Assembly (NCBI GenBank): GCA_947501605.1
Contig: CANMWZ010000006.1
Span: 22,897 to 86,896, forward strand
Direction: 5' to 3'
DNA length: 64,000 nt
Origin: Planctomycetota bacterium
GTDB lineage: Bacteria > Planctomycetota > UBA1135 > UBA2386
Shown here: positions 1 through 9,360 of the stretch, in pieces
How the letters are laid out: every line of letters begins with the position of its first letter
Position numbering within the stretch: the first letter of the stretch is position 1
The notes under the pieces: generated by a model
Told to the model about the DNA's origin: nothing
What the model saw: only the letters and a program-made list of their open reading frames with translations
The model's database searches: none
Program-made: the position numbers and the translations under genes

Positions 1-42
1 GAAGAGCGCACTAGCAACTAGCGACTTGCCCTCGACGGTCGG

Positions 43-1224
43 TCACCTGCGGTGCTTCGCGACCAAGTGCTGCACCGACGCGATTACGTGGTCCACATCG
101 GCGTCTTCCATCCGCGAGTAGAGCGGCAGTGAGACCATGCGCAGGAAGTTCTGGTAGGCGACCGGGAAGTCGTTCGGCTGGAAGCCGTACTTGTCGCGGT
201 AGAAGGGATGCGTGTGGATCGGGATGAAGTGCACCGATGCCGTGATCCCGAGATCTGCGAGCTGGCGCATGAACTCGTCGCGGTCGACGCCGAGGCGCGC
301 GAGATTGAGGCGCAGAACATAGAGGTGATGCGCGGTCACGACCTCCTGTCGGACCGTCGGCGTCTCCAGTTCAGGCATCGAGGCAAACGCCGCGTTGTAG
401 CGAGCGACCAGCTCGTTGCGCCGCTTCTGGAAGTCGTTCATCCGCCGCAACTGCACGCGACCGATCGCCGAAGCCACGTCGGTGAGGTTGTATTTGAAGC
501 CGGGTGCGAGGATCTCGTACTTCCAGCTGCCGCCCTTCTCGTAGCGACGAGCGGCGTCTTTGCTCATTCCGTGGAGGTGAAGCACGCGCGCGCGCTCGAG
601 CAGTTTGGGGTCGCCCGTCAACATGCCGCCTTCGCAGGTCGTGATGTTCTTGGTCGCGTAGAAGCTCCACGCGGTCATGTTGCCGTGGCTGCCGATCGAC
701 TTGCCCTTGTAGCTGGCTGGCAGCGAGTGCGCGGCGTCCTCGACGATCGCGATGCCACGCTTCTTGGCCATGGCGAGGATCGGGTCGAGATCAACCGGGT
801 GCCCCGCGTAGTGCACGGCGATGATCGCCTTGACGTCCGGCGTGAGTCGCCGCTCGAGATCCTTCGGGCAGATGTTCAACGTGTCCGGTTCGACGTCGCA
901 CAGCAACGGCGTCGCGCCGACATGCTCGATCACGTTGACCGAAGCCGCAAAGGTCATCGTCGTGGTCGCGACCTTGTCACCCCGGCCGAGACCGAGCGTA
1001 GCCAGCGCGACATGCAGACCGGCCGTGCACGAGTTCATGGCAATGCCGGCGGGAGCATCCACGGCGGCGCAAAACTCGGCCTCGAATGCCTTCGTCTTCG
1101 GGCCGGTGGTGATCCAGTCCGTGCGCAGGGTGTCGACGACTTCATTGATCTCCTCCTCGGTGATGTTCGGCGGGGAGAAGGGAACGTTGCGAATGGCAAT
1201 ACCTGTTGGATCGATAGCAGTCAT
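43..1224 (-). CDS. DegT/DnrJ/EryC1/StrS-family PLP-dependent sugar aminotransferase (PglE/WecE-like)
   Basis: 393-aa ORF. N-terminus 'FSPPNITEEEINEVVDTLRTDWITTGPKTKAFE'; PLP-lysine context 'WSFYATKNITTCEGGML'. Last gene of a polysaccharide cluster. Confidence 0.9.
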   Translation of the reverse strand: MTAIDPTGIAIRNVPFSPPNITEEEINEVVDTLRTDWITTGPKTKAFEAEFCAAVDAPAGIAMNSCTAGLHVALATLGLGRGDKVATTTMTFAASVNVIEHVGATPLLCDVEPDTLNICPKDLERRLTPDVKAIIAVHYAGHPVDLDPILAMAKKRGIAIVEDAAHSLPASYKGKSIGSHGNMTAWSFYATKNITTCEGGMLTGDPKLLERARVLHLHGMSKDAARRYEKGGSWKYEILAPGFKYNLTDVASAIGRVQLRRMNDFQKRRNELVARYNAAFASMPELETPTVRQEVVTAHHLYVLRLNLARLGVDRDEFMRQLADLGITASVHFIPIHTHPFYRDKYGFQPNDFPVAYQNFLRMVSLPLYSRMEDADVDHVIASVQHLVAKHRR

Positions 1225-1245
1225 GGATAGAGACGCGGTGAGGCG

Positions 1246-2295
1246 TCAGTCGCCAGTGGGGTCGATGAACAAACCAAACTGAATGCGGAGCACCTGCGCG
1301 AACACCGAGCGCGTCCAGGTCGCGGCGGTGTGTTCGATGACGATCACGTCACCGGGCTTGATGCGAAGATTCGAGGACTGAACGAGACCGCCACCGGCGA
1401 TCTCGAACGTAGCCGGCACGATGCGGCCGTCGCGGTCGCGACGGAACACCGTGGCATAAGGCGGATCGGAGATCATGTCGACGCCGCCGGCGATCGCGAG
1501 CGCTTGCATGAGGTTGTAGGAAACCTCTGGTGGGTACTCGTAGGCGCCCGGCTTCACGACGAGGCCGATGACGGTGAACGTGTCGGGCTCGTAGCGCTCG
1601 ACCTCGACCGTGTCGCCGCGGCGCAGTTCGACATCGGTGAACGGGACGTTCAAGCCCTTCACCGGCAGTACGACGTCCTTGCCGTCGCCACCATCCTGGC
1701 GGCGGATGCGGATCGCGCGGGCACCGACCACCAAGTTGCTCGACTTGAGGATGCCACCGGCCGAAGAGAGCGCGCCGTAGAGCGTCATCTGATCATGCCG
1801 CAATTCGTGGATGCCCGGCACCTCAACAGCACCGAGCACGTTCACCACCTGTTTGTCGAACTCGAGAACGCGAGCGACGATCGCCGGTTTGGCGACCAAG
1901 AACTTCGGGTGCGCGGCGCTCTGCACCGCGGCTTCGAGTTCGAGCAGGGTCCGGCCGTTCGCTGTCACGGCGCCGACAAGTGGCACTTCGATCACCCCTT
2001 CGGCATCGACCCGAGCCTGATGCACCTCTGCGGGCGGCAACGCCTCGCTGCCAGAGGAAGTCCCGAGCAATGCGCGCGGGCCGCGCAGCTCGACAATGTC
2101 GCCAGGGCCCAGTCGATACGGACCGGGGACGGGAATCTGGGCGAGCATCGCTTCGCGATCGAGTTCTGGCAACACCGGGCCTGCAGCCTCGAATGCGCGC
2201 AGCTGCTCAGGATCAAGGAAGTAGCGCGTGGCACCGCAGCCGCCGACGACCATAGCCGCGCCCAAAGCGACCGCGCGGACGAGGGCACCGATCAT
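1246..2295 (-). CDS. Polysaccharide export protein, Wza-like (Poly_export + SLBB-type repeats)
   Basis: 349 aa with an N-terminal signal/lipoprotein-like segment 'AAMVVGGCG' and a 'YRLGPGDIVELRG' export motif. Its start overlaps the stop of the upstream Wzc-like gene by 4 nt (ATGA). Confidence 0.8.
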   Translation of the reverse strand: MIGALVRAVALGAAMVVGGCGATRYFLDPEQLRAFEAAGPVLPELDREAMLAQIPVPGPYRLGPGDIVELRGPRALLGTSSGSEALPPAEVHQARVDAEGVIEVPLVGAVTANGRTLLELEAAVQSAAHPKFLVAKPAIVARVLEFDKQVVNVLGAVEVPGIHELRHDQMTLYGALSSAGGILKSSNLVVGARAIRIRRQDGGDGKDVVLPVKGLNVPFTDVELRRGDTVEVERYEPDTFTVIGLVVKPGAYEYPPEVSYNLMQALAIAGGVDMISDPPYATVFRRDRDGRIVPATFEIAGGGLVQSSNLRIKPGDVIVIEHTAATWTRSVFAQVLRIQFGLFIDPTGD

Positions 2296-4433
2296 GCCTG
2301 CTCCCCCACGCGACGCTGGTCGGCCAAAAGCACGCTGTGCACGTCGGGCGACGGCAAGGCCAGCAGTTGGGCCGAGTGCAGCCGCTCGCTACGCAACTGC
2401 GAACGCGACGCGCCGCGAAACACCACACCGACCACCTGACCCGCAACCGCCGCAACTGCATCCTGCGCGGCCTGCACGGCTCCGACGGTCGAAGCCCCCG
2501 GACGCAGGACCAACAGCGAAGCATCGCAGACGGCAGCGAGAATGCGTGCGTCGACGGCCTGCAGCAAAGCCGGCGAGTCCACGAGCACGCGGTCCCATTG
2601 GCTGGCGAGTTGTTGCAGCAGCGTCGGCAGCGCCGCGGCATCAAGGACTCCTACCGACCCGTCGATCGCGCCGGCGGGCAGCACAAACAGACCTGGAAGT
2701 GCCGTCGCCTGGATCGCAGTGGCGACCGGCAGCTGCTGCGCCAACACCTGTCGCAAGCCGACCGACCCGTCGAGCCCGAAGTACTCGCACTGCGTCTGCT
2801 GACCGAAGTCGGCATCGACGATCAGCGTGCGCTGCCCCGCCTGGGCAGACGCAATGCCGAGGCCAGCGGTCGTGGCCGACGCACCGGCACCACGTTGTAG
2901 GCCGACGATCTGCAGCGTGCGGTAGCGCTTCGCGCGGGCGCCGAAGTGGAGAACAGCGCGCAGGGATTGCAGCGCCGCTTCGAGGTTCTTGCGCCGGCCC
3001 AGAGTCGCGATCATGCCGCCCGCCGCCATGCGCACCTTCGGCAGGGCCCCGAGCACCGGCACGTCAAGCGGGAGATCCGCGGCGCTGTGCACACGAGGCC
3101 ACACGATCGAGCGCCCAAAAGCCAACGCGAGCCCCAGCAGCACGCCGACGAAACCGCAGATGGCGGCCAATGAGGTCTTCGAGGCGGCGACCACTGCGCC
3201 CGCTGGCGTTGCGTACTCGTAAACGAGAGAGCTCCGCGGCGGCTGCTCTGAGTTGCCGAGGTTCTCGTTGATGTCGATGCCGCGAACACGCTCATAGAGC
3301 GCATCCGCGAGCTTGTGGGCCCGATCGAAGCGGATCTCGAGGCCGCGGAACTCGGCAATCGCCGGATCGATGTTGCGCAAGCGCTGCTCTTCGTCGCGGA
3401 TGCGCACGAGCAGGTCATCGCACAGACGGCGCTGACCGAGTTGACGCTGTTCGAGGCTCGCAATGTGCGCTGTCGTGATTCGCTCGGCAATGGCGTTGGC
3501 GAGTTCGAATTGCCGTGCGATGGTGCCTTCGAGCCGCTGCACTTCAGGATGCTCGGGGGTCATTGTTGCGAGCATCCGTAGACGCTGCTGCAGCAACTCA
3601 TCGATCTGGGCCTGCACATCGAGCGACTGCCGCATCGTCGCGTCGTCGATGCCGGGCATCGGCAGACGCAGGATCGGTTGCGTGGCTTCGGCCCGACTCT
3701 TGGCGGCGCGGAGCTGGGCCGACGATTCCATGGCCGCCAGCTCGGCCTGCGTCAACGCCAGGTTGAGTTCGCGCAGGCGGCTTGCTCCCTGCGTCTCCTT
3801 GGCATCGCCCAGCGACACACCCGGGTGCTGCTCGAGGAACGCGATCTGTTCCTGCTGCACGGTGCGAAGCTCGGCCTCGTAGCGCTCCAGTTCGCGCCGC
3901 AGTGCGATCAGAACCTCGCCCGCAGTCTGGTGCTGGCTTTGCGAATGGCGCTCGATGTAGGCATCAACGACCGCGTTGACGACGAGGCAGGCATCTTCCA
4001 CGGCCTCGGATTCGAGCGTGACGGTGATCAGGTCGTCCTCGGTGCCAACAGCTACCGACAACCGCTTGCGCAACCACGCGAGATGGTTGTCAGAATCGCC
4101 GAACATCGGGCTCGACTCGATTCCTGGCTGGGCCAAGCCCGCTTGCAACACCGGCGTCGACCTCAGCAGCGCCGCCTGGGTGTTGGCGTAGTTGCGCGAC
4201 TGCAGCCAGTGGGAGACTTCGCCTCCTGGCAGCATCGGGCTCTGGCGCTCGACGTAGAGCACGGACTTGGTGCGCCAGATGGTGCCGCGCTGCTCGGCGA
4301 CGAAGACGCCGATGCTGGCCGCGAGGATTGCACACGATGCGACCAGCCAGCGACCGCGCCAGACGAAGGCTAGGGCCTGGAGCGGCGACGGCTCGCGCAT
4401 GGCCGCGCCCGTTCGTTCTTCGATGGACCTCAC
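2292..4433 (-). CDS. Polysaccharide co-polymerase / Wzc(GumC)-like protein with a degenerate C-terminal BY-kinase-type ATPase domain
   Basis: 713 aa. Has an N-terminal Wzz-like region, long coiled-coil periplasmic part, second TM, and a C-terminal ParA/CpsD-like domain ('TLIVDADFG', 'VLVDSPAL'). The Walker A reads 'GLQRGAGAS', with no Lys. Confidence 0.8.
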   Translation of the reverse strand: MRSIEERTGAAMREPSPLQALAFVWRGRWLVASCAILAASIGVFVAEQRGTIWRTKSVLYVERQSPMLPGGEVSHWLQSRNYANTQAALLRSTPVLQAGLAQPGIESSPMFGDSDNHLAWLRKRLSVAVGTEDDLITVTLESEAVEDACLVVNAVVDAYIERHSQSQHQTAGEVLIALRRELERYEAELRTVQQEQIAFLEQHPGVSLGDAKETQGASRLRELNLALTQAELAAMESSAQLRAAKSRAEATQPILRLPMPGIDDATMRQSLDVQAQIDELLQQRLRMLATMTPEHPEVQRLEGTIARQFELANAIAERITTAHIASLEQRQLGQRRLCDDLLVRIRDEEQRLRNIDPAIAEFRGLEIRFDRAHKLADALYERVRGIDINENLGNSEQPPRSSLVYEYATPAGAVVAASKTSLAAICGFVGVLLGLALAFGRSIVWPRVHSAADLPLDVPVLGALPKVRMAAGGMIATLGRRKNLEAALQSLRAVLHFGARAKRYRTLQIVGLQRGAGASATTAGLGIASAQAGQRTLIVDADFGQQTQCEYFGLDGSVGLRQVLAQQLPVATAIQATALPGLFVLPAGAIDGSVGVLDAAALPTLLQQLASQWDRVLVDSPALLQAVDARILAAVCDASLLVLRPGASTVGAVQAAQDAVAAVAGQVVGVVFRGASRSQLRSERLHSAQLLALPSPDVHSVLLADQRRVGEQA

Positions 4434-4471
4434 GTGTCAGTTGCTCCAGTTCTGGCGTACTGCATTCGGCG

Positions 4472-6586
4472 TCATGACGACGCGGCAAGCCGGGGCGCGG
4501 TGTTGCGGCCGCTCCGACCGTGCACGGGCACGAACAACGGATCCGCGGAGGGCACCCGAAACTCCGGCAAGATGTCGCGCAGCGTCTGCCGCACTTCGTC
4601 TGGGGTGCTGCCCGGGTCGCGCAGACGCGTGAGCACCGACGACATCGGCACCGGCCAACCGTTGCCGCGCCAGACGAAGATCTTCTTGCAGTGCGTCTCC
4701 TCGACCATCTCGTCGGGCAACGCCAGCTCCTCATAGAGCTTCTCACCAGGCCGCATGCCAGTGAAGGTGATGTCGATCTGCTTGTAGGGCTCGAACCCAG
4801 ACAGCCGGATCATGTTCTCCGCGAGCGTGCGGATCTTCACCGGGCTGCCCATGTCGAGCAGCATCACTTCGCCGCCCTCGCACATACCCGCGGCCTCCAG
4901 AACGAGGCGCGAGGCCTCAGGAATGGTCATGAAGAACCGTTCCATGTCCGGGTGCGTAACCGTCACCGGACCACCGCGTGCGATTTGCTCGCGGAACAGC
5001 GGGATCACGCTGCCAGCCGAACCCATGACATTGCCGAAGCGAACCGAGACGAAGCGCACTTCGCTGCGCGCGTCCAGTTCCTTGATGTAGAGCTCCGCCA
5101 GTCGCTTGGTCGCCCCCATCACCGAAGACGGCCGCACGGCCTTGTCGGTCGACACGAACACAAAACGCTCCACGCCAAAACGGTCGGCGAGGTCGGCGAC
5201 CATCTTGGTGCCAAAGACGTTGTTCTTGATCGCCTCGCGCGGAACGCGCTCCATCATCGGCACGTGCTTGTGAGCCGCGGCGTGGAACACGATCTGCGGC
5301 CGGTGCTGCGCAAACACGTCGTTCATGCGCTGCTCGTCCGTGATGTCGGCGATCTCCGGAACCACGCGCTCCGCTTGGCCGCCGGTGGCCAGTTCGCGAT
5401 GGATCTCGTAGAGGTTGTTCTCATAACGCTCGACCAGCACGAGGCGCGCTGGTTCGAGGCGCAGGATCTGTCGACACAACTCGGAGCCGATGCTGCCGCC
5501 AGCGCCCGTGACCAGCACGACCTTGCCGACGATCGTCGACGGGGCAGCGCTGCCCTCGATCTCGATCGGTTCGCGACCCAACAGGTCTTCGATCGCGACG
5601 TCGCGCAATTGCGTGATGCGGATCTTGCCCGTCACGATCTCGTGCAGGCTCGGGATCATCTTGGTCTGGAGCGACGCGGACTTGCAGTGCTCCAGGATCC
5701 GGTGCACGTCGGCGCGGTCGGCGCTGGCGATGGCGATCAATGCAACCTTGGCGCCGTGCCGGCGGGCAACCTCGGTCAGCTGTGCGGTCGTGCCCTCGAC
5801 GCGAATGCCGCCGACCAGGCGACCGAGCTTCTCGCGATCGTCGTCGAGAAACGCAACCGGGCGGTAGCCGAGGTTGGCGAACTCGTCGAGTTCCTGCTGC
5901 AGCATGCGGCCAGCGACGCCGGCGCCGATCAGCACCGTCGGCGTGCCCTTCTCCGTGACGCGCGCGTGGCGCATGCGCATCCTCTCGCGTTGGAGACGGC
6001 GGAGACCGCGAACGCCCGCGATGCCAAGAATCCCGAACGCGGCGTCGAAGACGACGACACTGGACGGCACCAGCAGACCGTGCACGCGCGAACCCGGCTC
6101 GCTGAGCAGACCACCGCCGTAGCGGACCGTCAGCATCACGAGGGCCGCGGCGCCGAAGGCATTCACGATCGGGGGAACATCGCGGATCCCGATGAACACC
6201 CAAGAGAATCGGGGCACCTGCTGCCACGCGAGCATCGCGTACTGCAGGAGCACGACCCAGGGTAGGTTCCAGAGCATGGCGTCGACCATGCCGTCCGCCG
6301 CGCGACCCTCGTAGCGAACGAGGAAAGCGCCACAGAACGCAATGGCGAGCACAATGAGATCGAGGCCGAGACAGATCGAATCGCGCCGCAAGCGACGGAA
6401 ACGAACATCACGGTCCGAGAGACGAGGGGGCTGGCTGCTCGCGGACCGAGAGCCATCCTCCGCACCTTGCGAGGACTTGATTGTAGACACGTGGATAACG
6501 CCTTCGTTCTGCAGAACTCGCTCGCGACCGAACTCGTACCGGGTGAGGTGGTACGACCAGCCTGCCGAACGCGCAGAATGGAACAC
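4472..6586 (-). CDS. CapD/PglF/WbpM-family membrane-bound NDP-sugar 4,6-dehydratase
   Basis: 704-aa ORF. Has N-terminal TM segments, then a Rossmann motif 'VLVTGAGGSIGSEL' and 'VFHAAAHKHVPMME'. The true start may be internal to the ORF. Confidence 0.85.
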   Translation of the reverse strand: MFHSARSAGWSYHLTRYEFGRERVLQNEGVIHVSTIKSSQGAEDGSRSASSQPPRLSDRDVRFRRLRRDSICLGLDLIVLAIAFCGAFLVRYEGRAADGMVDAMLWNLPWVVLLQYAMLAWQQVPRFSWVFIGIRDVPPIVNAFGAAALVMLTVRYGGGLLSEPGSRVHGLLVPSSVVVFDAAFGILGIAGVRGLRRLQRERMRMRHARVTEKGTPTVLIGAGVAGRMLQQELDEFANLGYRPVAFLDDDREKLGRLVGGIRVEGTTAQLTEVARRHGAKVALIAIASADRADVHRILEHCKSASLQTKMIPSLHEIVTGKIRITQLRDVAIEDLLGREPIEIEGSAAPSTIVGKVVLVTGAGGSIGSELCRQILRLEPARLVLVERYENNLYEIHRELATGGQAERVVPEIADITDEQRMNDVFAQHRPQIVFHAAAHKHVPMMERVPREAIKNNVFGTKMVADLADRFGVERFVFVSTDKAVRPSSVMGATKRLAELYIKELDARSEVRFVSVRFGNVMGSAGSVIPLFREQIARGGPVTVTHPDMERFFMTIPEASRLVLEAAGMCEGGEVMLLDMGSPVKIRTLAENMIRLSGFEPYKQIDITFTGMRPGEKLYEELALPDEMVEETHCKKIFVWRGNGWPVPMSSVLTRLRDPGSTPDEVRQTLRDILPEFRVPSADPLFVPVHGRSGRNTAPRLAASS

Positions 6587-6743
6587 TAGTTACACGAAAC
6601 TGCCTAGGTAGGCTATGTGCATAATCCCATGCCGGCAGAGGGCGTGTGCGCGCCCGCGCAATTCCCGTGGCTGGCGGTGGCCTTGCTACTGCTGAACAAC
6701 GAAACCGCGACGCGTTGACTGAGGCCGCTAGAACCGACTGGCA

Positions 6744-7943
6744 ATGATGAACCCACGCCCGCGAGTTGCCCTGGTTGGCGGGCCCGATGTCGACGCGCGC
6801 GTCCCGCTGATGCGCGAGCTCGGCGCCCGGTTTGAGTTCACGGCCTACGGCAGCGACCCACGCGCAGGACCGAAAATCGCCGATGCCGGCTTCGCCTTCA
6901 GGCACTATCCCCTGAGTCGCCGGGTCGCCCCCTGGACTGACGTGCGCTCGTTCTGGCAACTGCGGGCCGCCTTCTTGCAGACACAGCCCGACGTCGTTCA
7001 CGCGTTCGACACCAAGCCAGGCGTCTTCGGCTGCCTCGCCGCCCGCTCGGCCGGCGTGCCCGTCGTGCTGGCGACGATCACGGGACTCGGCGCGCTCTAT
7101 GCCCAGCACGACCTGCGAACGCGGGGGCTGCGGAAGGCCTACGAGATGCTGCAGCGTCTCGCCTGCGATCGCGCCGACATCACCATCTTTCAGAACCACG
7201 ACGACGAACGGCAACTGGTCGCGGCCGGCGTCGCGACTGCGGGCAAGACTGCGGTAATCCTCGGTTCCGGGGTCGACACGCGCCGTTTCGCACCGAGAGG
7301 GGCCGACGCCTCCGCCCGCGCCCGCGTGCGGGCCGAACTCGGCATCCCCCTCGACGCGGTGACGGCGACGATGATCGCCCGCGTCACGCGCTCCAAGGGC
7401 GTGCTCGAGTTCATGGCCGCCGCTCGCACCGTTCGCGCTGCAACTCCCAACGCCCGCTTCCTGCTGATCGGCCCCGACGACCGCGAGAGCCGCGATCGGC
7501 TCAGCCAAGTCGAACTCGAGGAGCTGAGGCGGCTGGTGGTTTGGCCAGGCAGCCGCGACGACGTGCCCGACCTGCTCGCGGCCTCGGACCTGTTCGTGCT
7601 GCCCACGGCCTACCGCGAGGGAATCCCGCGCGTGCTCCTAGAGGCGGCCGCCAGCGGGTTGCCGCTGGTGACAACCGACTCGCCCGGCTGCAACGAGGCG
7701 TGCGTGCACGGGCACAACGGCATGCTGGTGCGCATCGGGGACGCCGACGCGCTCGCTGCGGCGATCGCGGCGTTGGCGACGGACGCCTCGCTTCGCCAGC
7801 GCTTCGCCGCAGCTTCGCGGGCTCGGGCCGAGACGATGTTCGACCTCGGCGTGATCTCAGGCCAGATGGCAGCCGCCTGGGAGCGGCTGCTGTCACAGAA
7901 GGTCGGCAATCAAGCAACCCGCGCCGGCTCGAGTTCGACCTGA
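6744..7943 (+). CDS. Glycosyltransferase family 4 (GT-B fold)
   Basis: 399 aa with the C-terminal signature 'EGIPRVLLEAAASGLPLVTTDSPGCNEACVHGHNGMLV'. Only plus-strand gene in the cluster; its 3' end overlaps the convergent WbqC gene by 34 nt. Confidence 0.85.
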   Translation: MMNPRPRVALVGGPDVDARVPLMRELGARFEFTAYGSDPRAGPKIADAGFAFRHYPLSRRVAPWTDVRSFWQLRAAFLQTQPDVVHAFDTKPGVFGCLAARSAGVPVVLATITGLGALYAQHDLRTRGLRKAYEMLQRLACDRADITIFQNHDDERQLVAAGVATAGKTAVILGSGVDTRRFAPRGADASARARVRAELGIPLDAVTATMIARVTRSKGVLEFMAAARTVRAATPNARFLLIGPDDRESRDRLSQVELEELRRLVVWPGSRDDVPDLLAASDLFVLPTAYREGIPRVLLEAAASGLPLVTTDSPGCNEACVHGHNGMLVRIGDADALAAAIAALATDASLRQRFAAASRARAETMFDLGVISGQMAAAWERLLSQKVGNQATRAGSSST

Positions 7944-8584
7944 AACAGCATGTCGAGGTAGCTCAAGTACGGCACGAACTCGCCGTGTCGCTGCGGGTAC
8001 ACCGGGTTCTGGTAGTCGTGGAACACGACCTCGACGCCTGCCGACGTGAACGGCGCCAGGTCGAGGTACTCACGGCCGAAGCCGCCTGAGAGGTAGGTGC
8101 CGGCGCCGAGGTGCTTGCAGATGTCGAGCAACAGCGGCGGACCCTTTCCCTGGCACGGCAGCTCGGAAGCGAGCACGAACTTGCACTTCGGGGAAAGCAG
8201 GCGCAACGCTGGTTCCCACGACGCGCGGTCGAGCCCGGTCAGAGTCTCGTGCCCAGCCTCGAGGATCGCCTTCACCTCGCCGATGTAGCGCTCGTAAAAC
8301 GGCGACTTGCCGTAGAGGTGCGCTAGGGTCTTCAAGGCGTCCTGATGCCACGGCTGCTCGTAGCTGATCCTGGTGTCCATGACGAGCTGCTCGCGCGGCC
8401 CTTTCTTGACGCCGGCGGTCAGCCACTGGGCGCCCTGCGGTCCCTTGACCTTGCAGCGATTCTCCTCGTGCCGCGGCGTGAACTGCACGTTGTCGAAGAT
8501 CACGAACCAGTCAGCGACCTGCATGCGTGACAGGTAGTGCATCCCAGGAAAGAACCGCGGCTGGCTGATGACGCAGGTGGTCAC
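7910..8584 (-). CDS. WbqC-family protein (unknown role in O-antigen/EPS loci)
   Basis: 'ISQPRFFPGMHYLSRMQVADWFVIFDNVQFTPRHEENRCKVK' matches the WbqC-like family. I chose the GTG start at 8584, which overlaps the upstream stop (GTGA). The ORF track extends to 8698. Confidence 0.75.
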   Translation of the reverse strand: MTTCVISQPRFFPGMHYLSRMQVADWFVIFDNVQFTPRHEENRCKVKGPQGAQWLTAGVKKGPREQLVMDTRISYEQPWHQDALKTLAHLYGKSPFYERYIGEVKAILEAGHETLTGLDRASWEPALRLLSPKCKFVLASELPCQGKGPPLLLDICKHLGAGTYLSGGFGREYLDLAPFTSAGVEVVFHDYQNPVYPQRHGEFVPYLSYLDMLFQVELEPARVA

Positions 8585-9360
8585 GTGTGCACCTCCTGGC
8601 CGTCTTCGCCTTGCGGCAGCAGCGACACCGCCCGCTTGCGCGGCGGCACCCAACTGCGAAACAGCACGCACGCGGCGGTCTGAAACAGCACTTTGCAATC
8701 GAGCCCCAGGCTCTGTTGCTCGACGTAGCGAACGCCCTCGGCGACTTGTGCCGGCATGTGCCGCGACAGATAGTGATCCTGCGTCGACACGCCGGTCGGC
8801 GCCGGGTCATGGAACGTGAGGTCGGGATACCAGCGGACTTCGGCGGTGCACGCGATCCCGGGCCTGGTCGCCAGTGACCGCATGTGGTCCTTCGTGTAGT
8901 GCTGAAGCACGAAGTCGTGGTCCTCGGGTCGCGGCCCGACAATCGACATCTCGCCGCGCAACACGTTCCAAAGCTGCGGCAACTCGTCGACCTTGGTCTT
9001 GCGCAACAACGCCCCCACCGGGGTAATGCGATCGTCCCGCGCATCCGTGATCTTCCGATCGGCGGTATCCGTTGCGACCCGCATCGTGCGGAACTTCAGC
9101 ATCGCGAACGGCCGTCCACACAGCCCTGCGCGACGCGCGCGATAGAGCACGGGCCCCGGCGTAGTCGCCTTGACAGCCAGCGCCGCGAGCAGCCAAATCG
9201 GCAACGTGAACAGCAGCAGACCACCAGCGACGACGATGTCGAAGGCTCGTTTGCAAACGCGATACCCGCGCTTGCCCTCAAGCTCGGGAGGTGCGACATG
9301 GAGCGCAGCGCCAAAGCGCTCGGGCGCGCCGCGCCGGTTCAAGGCAGGTGCGGGTGTCAT
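8581..9360 (-). CDS. Bacterial sugar transferase (PglC/WbaP C-terminal type phosphoglycosyl transferase)
   Basis: 'KRAFDIVVAGGLLLFTLPIWLLAALAVK...GPVLYRARRAG..FAMLKFRTMR...DELPQLWNVLRGEMSIVGPRP'. The ATG at 9360 overlaps the epimerase stop (ATGA). Confidence 0.85.
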   Translation of the reverse strand: MTPAPALNRRGAPERFGAALHVAPPELEGKRGYRVCKRAFDIVVAGGLLLFTLPIWLLAALAVKATTPGPVLYRARRAGLCGRPFAMLKFRTMRVATDTADRKITDARDDRITPVGALLRKTKVDELPQLWNVLRGEMSIVGPRPEDHDFVLQHYTKDHMRSLATRPGIACTAEVRWYPDLTFHDPAPTGVSTQDHYLSRHMPAQVAEGVRYVEQQSLGLDCKVLFQTAACVLFRSWVPPRKRAVSLLPQGEDGQEVHT

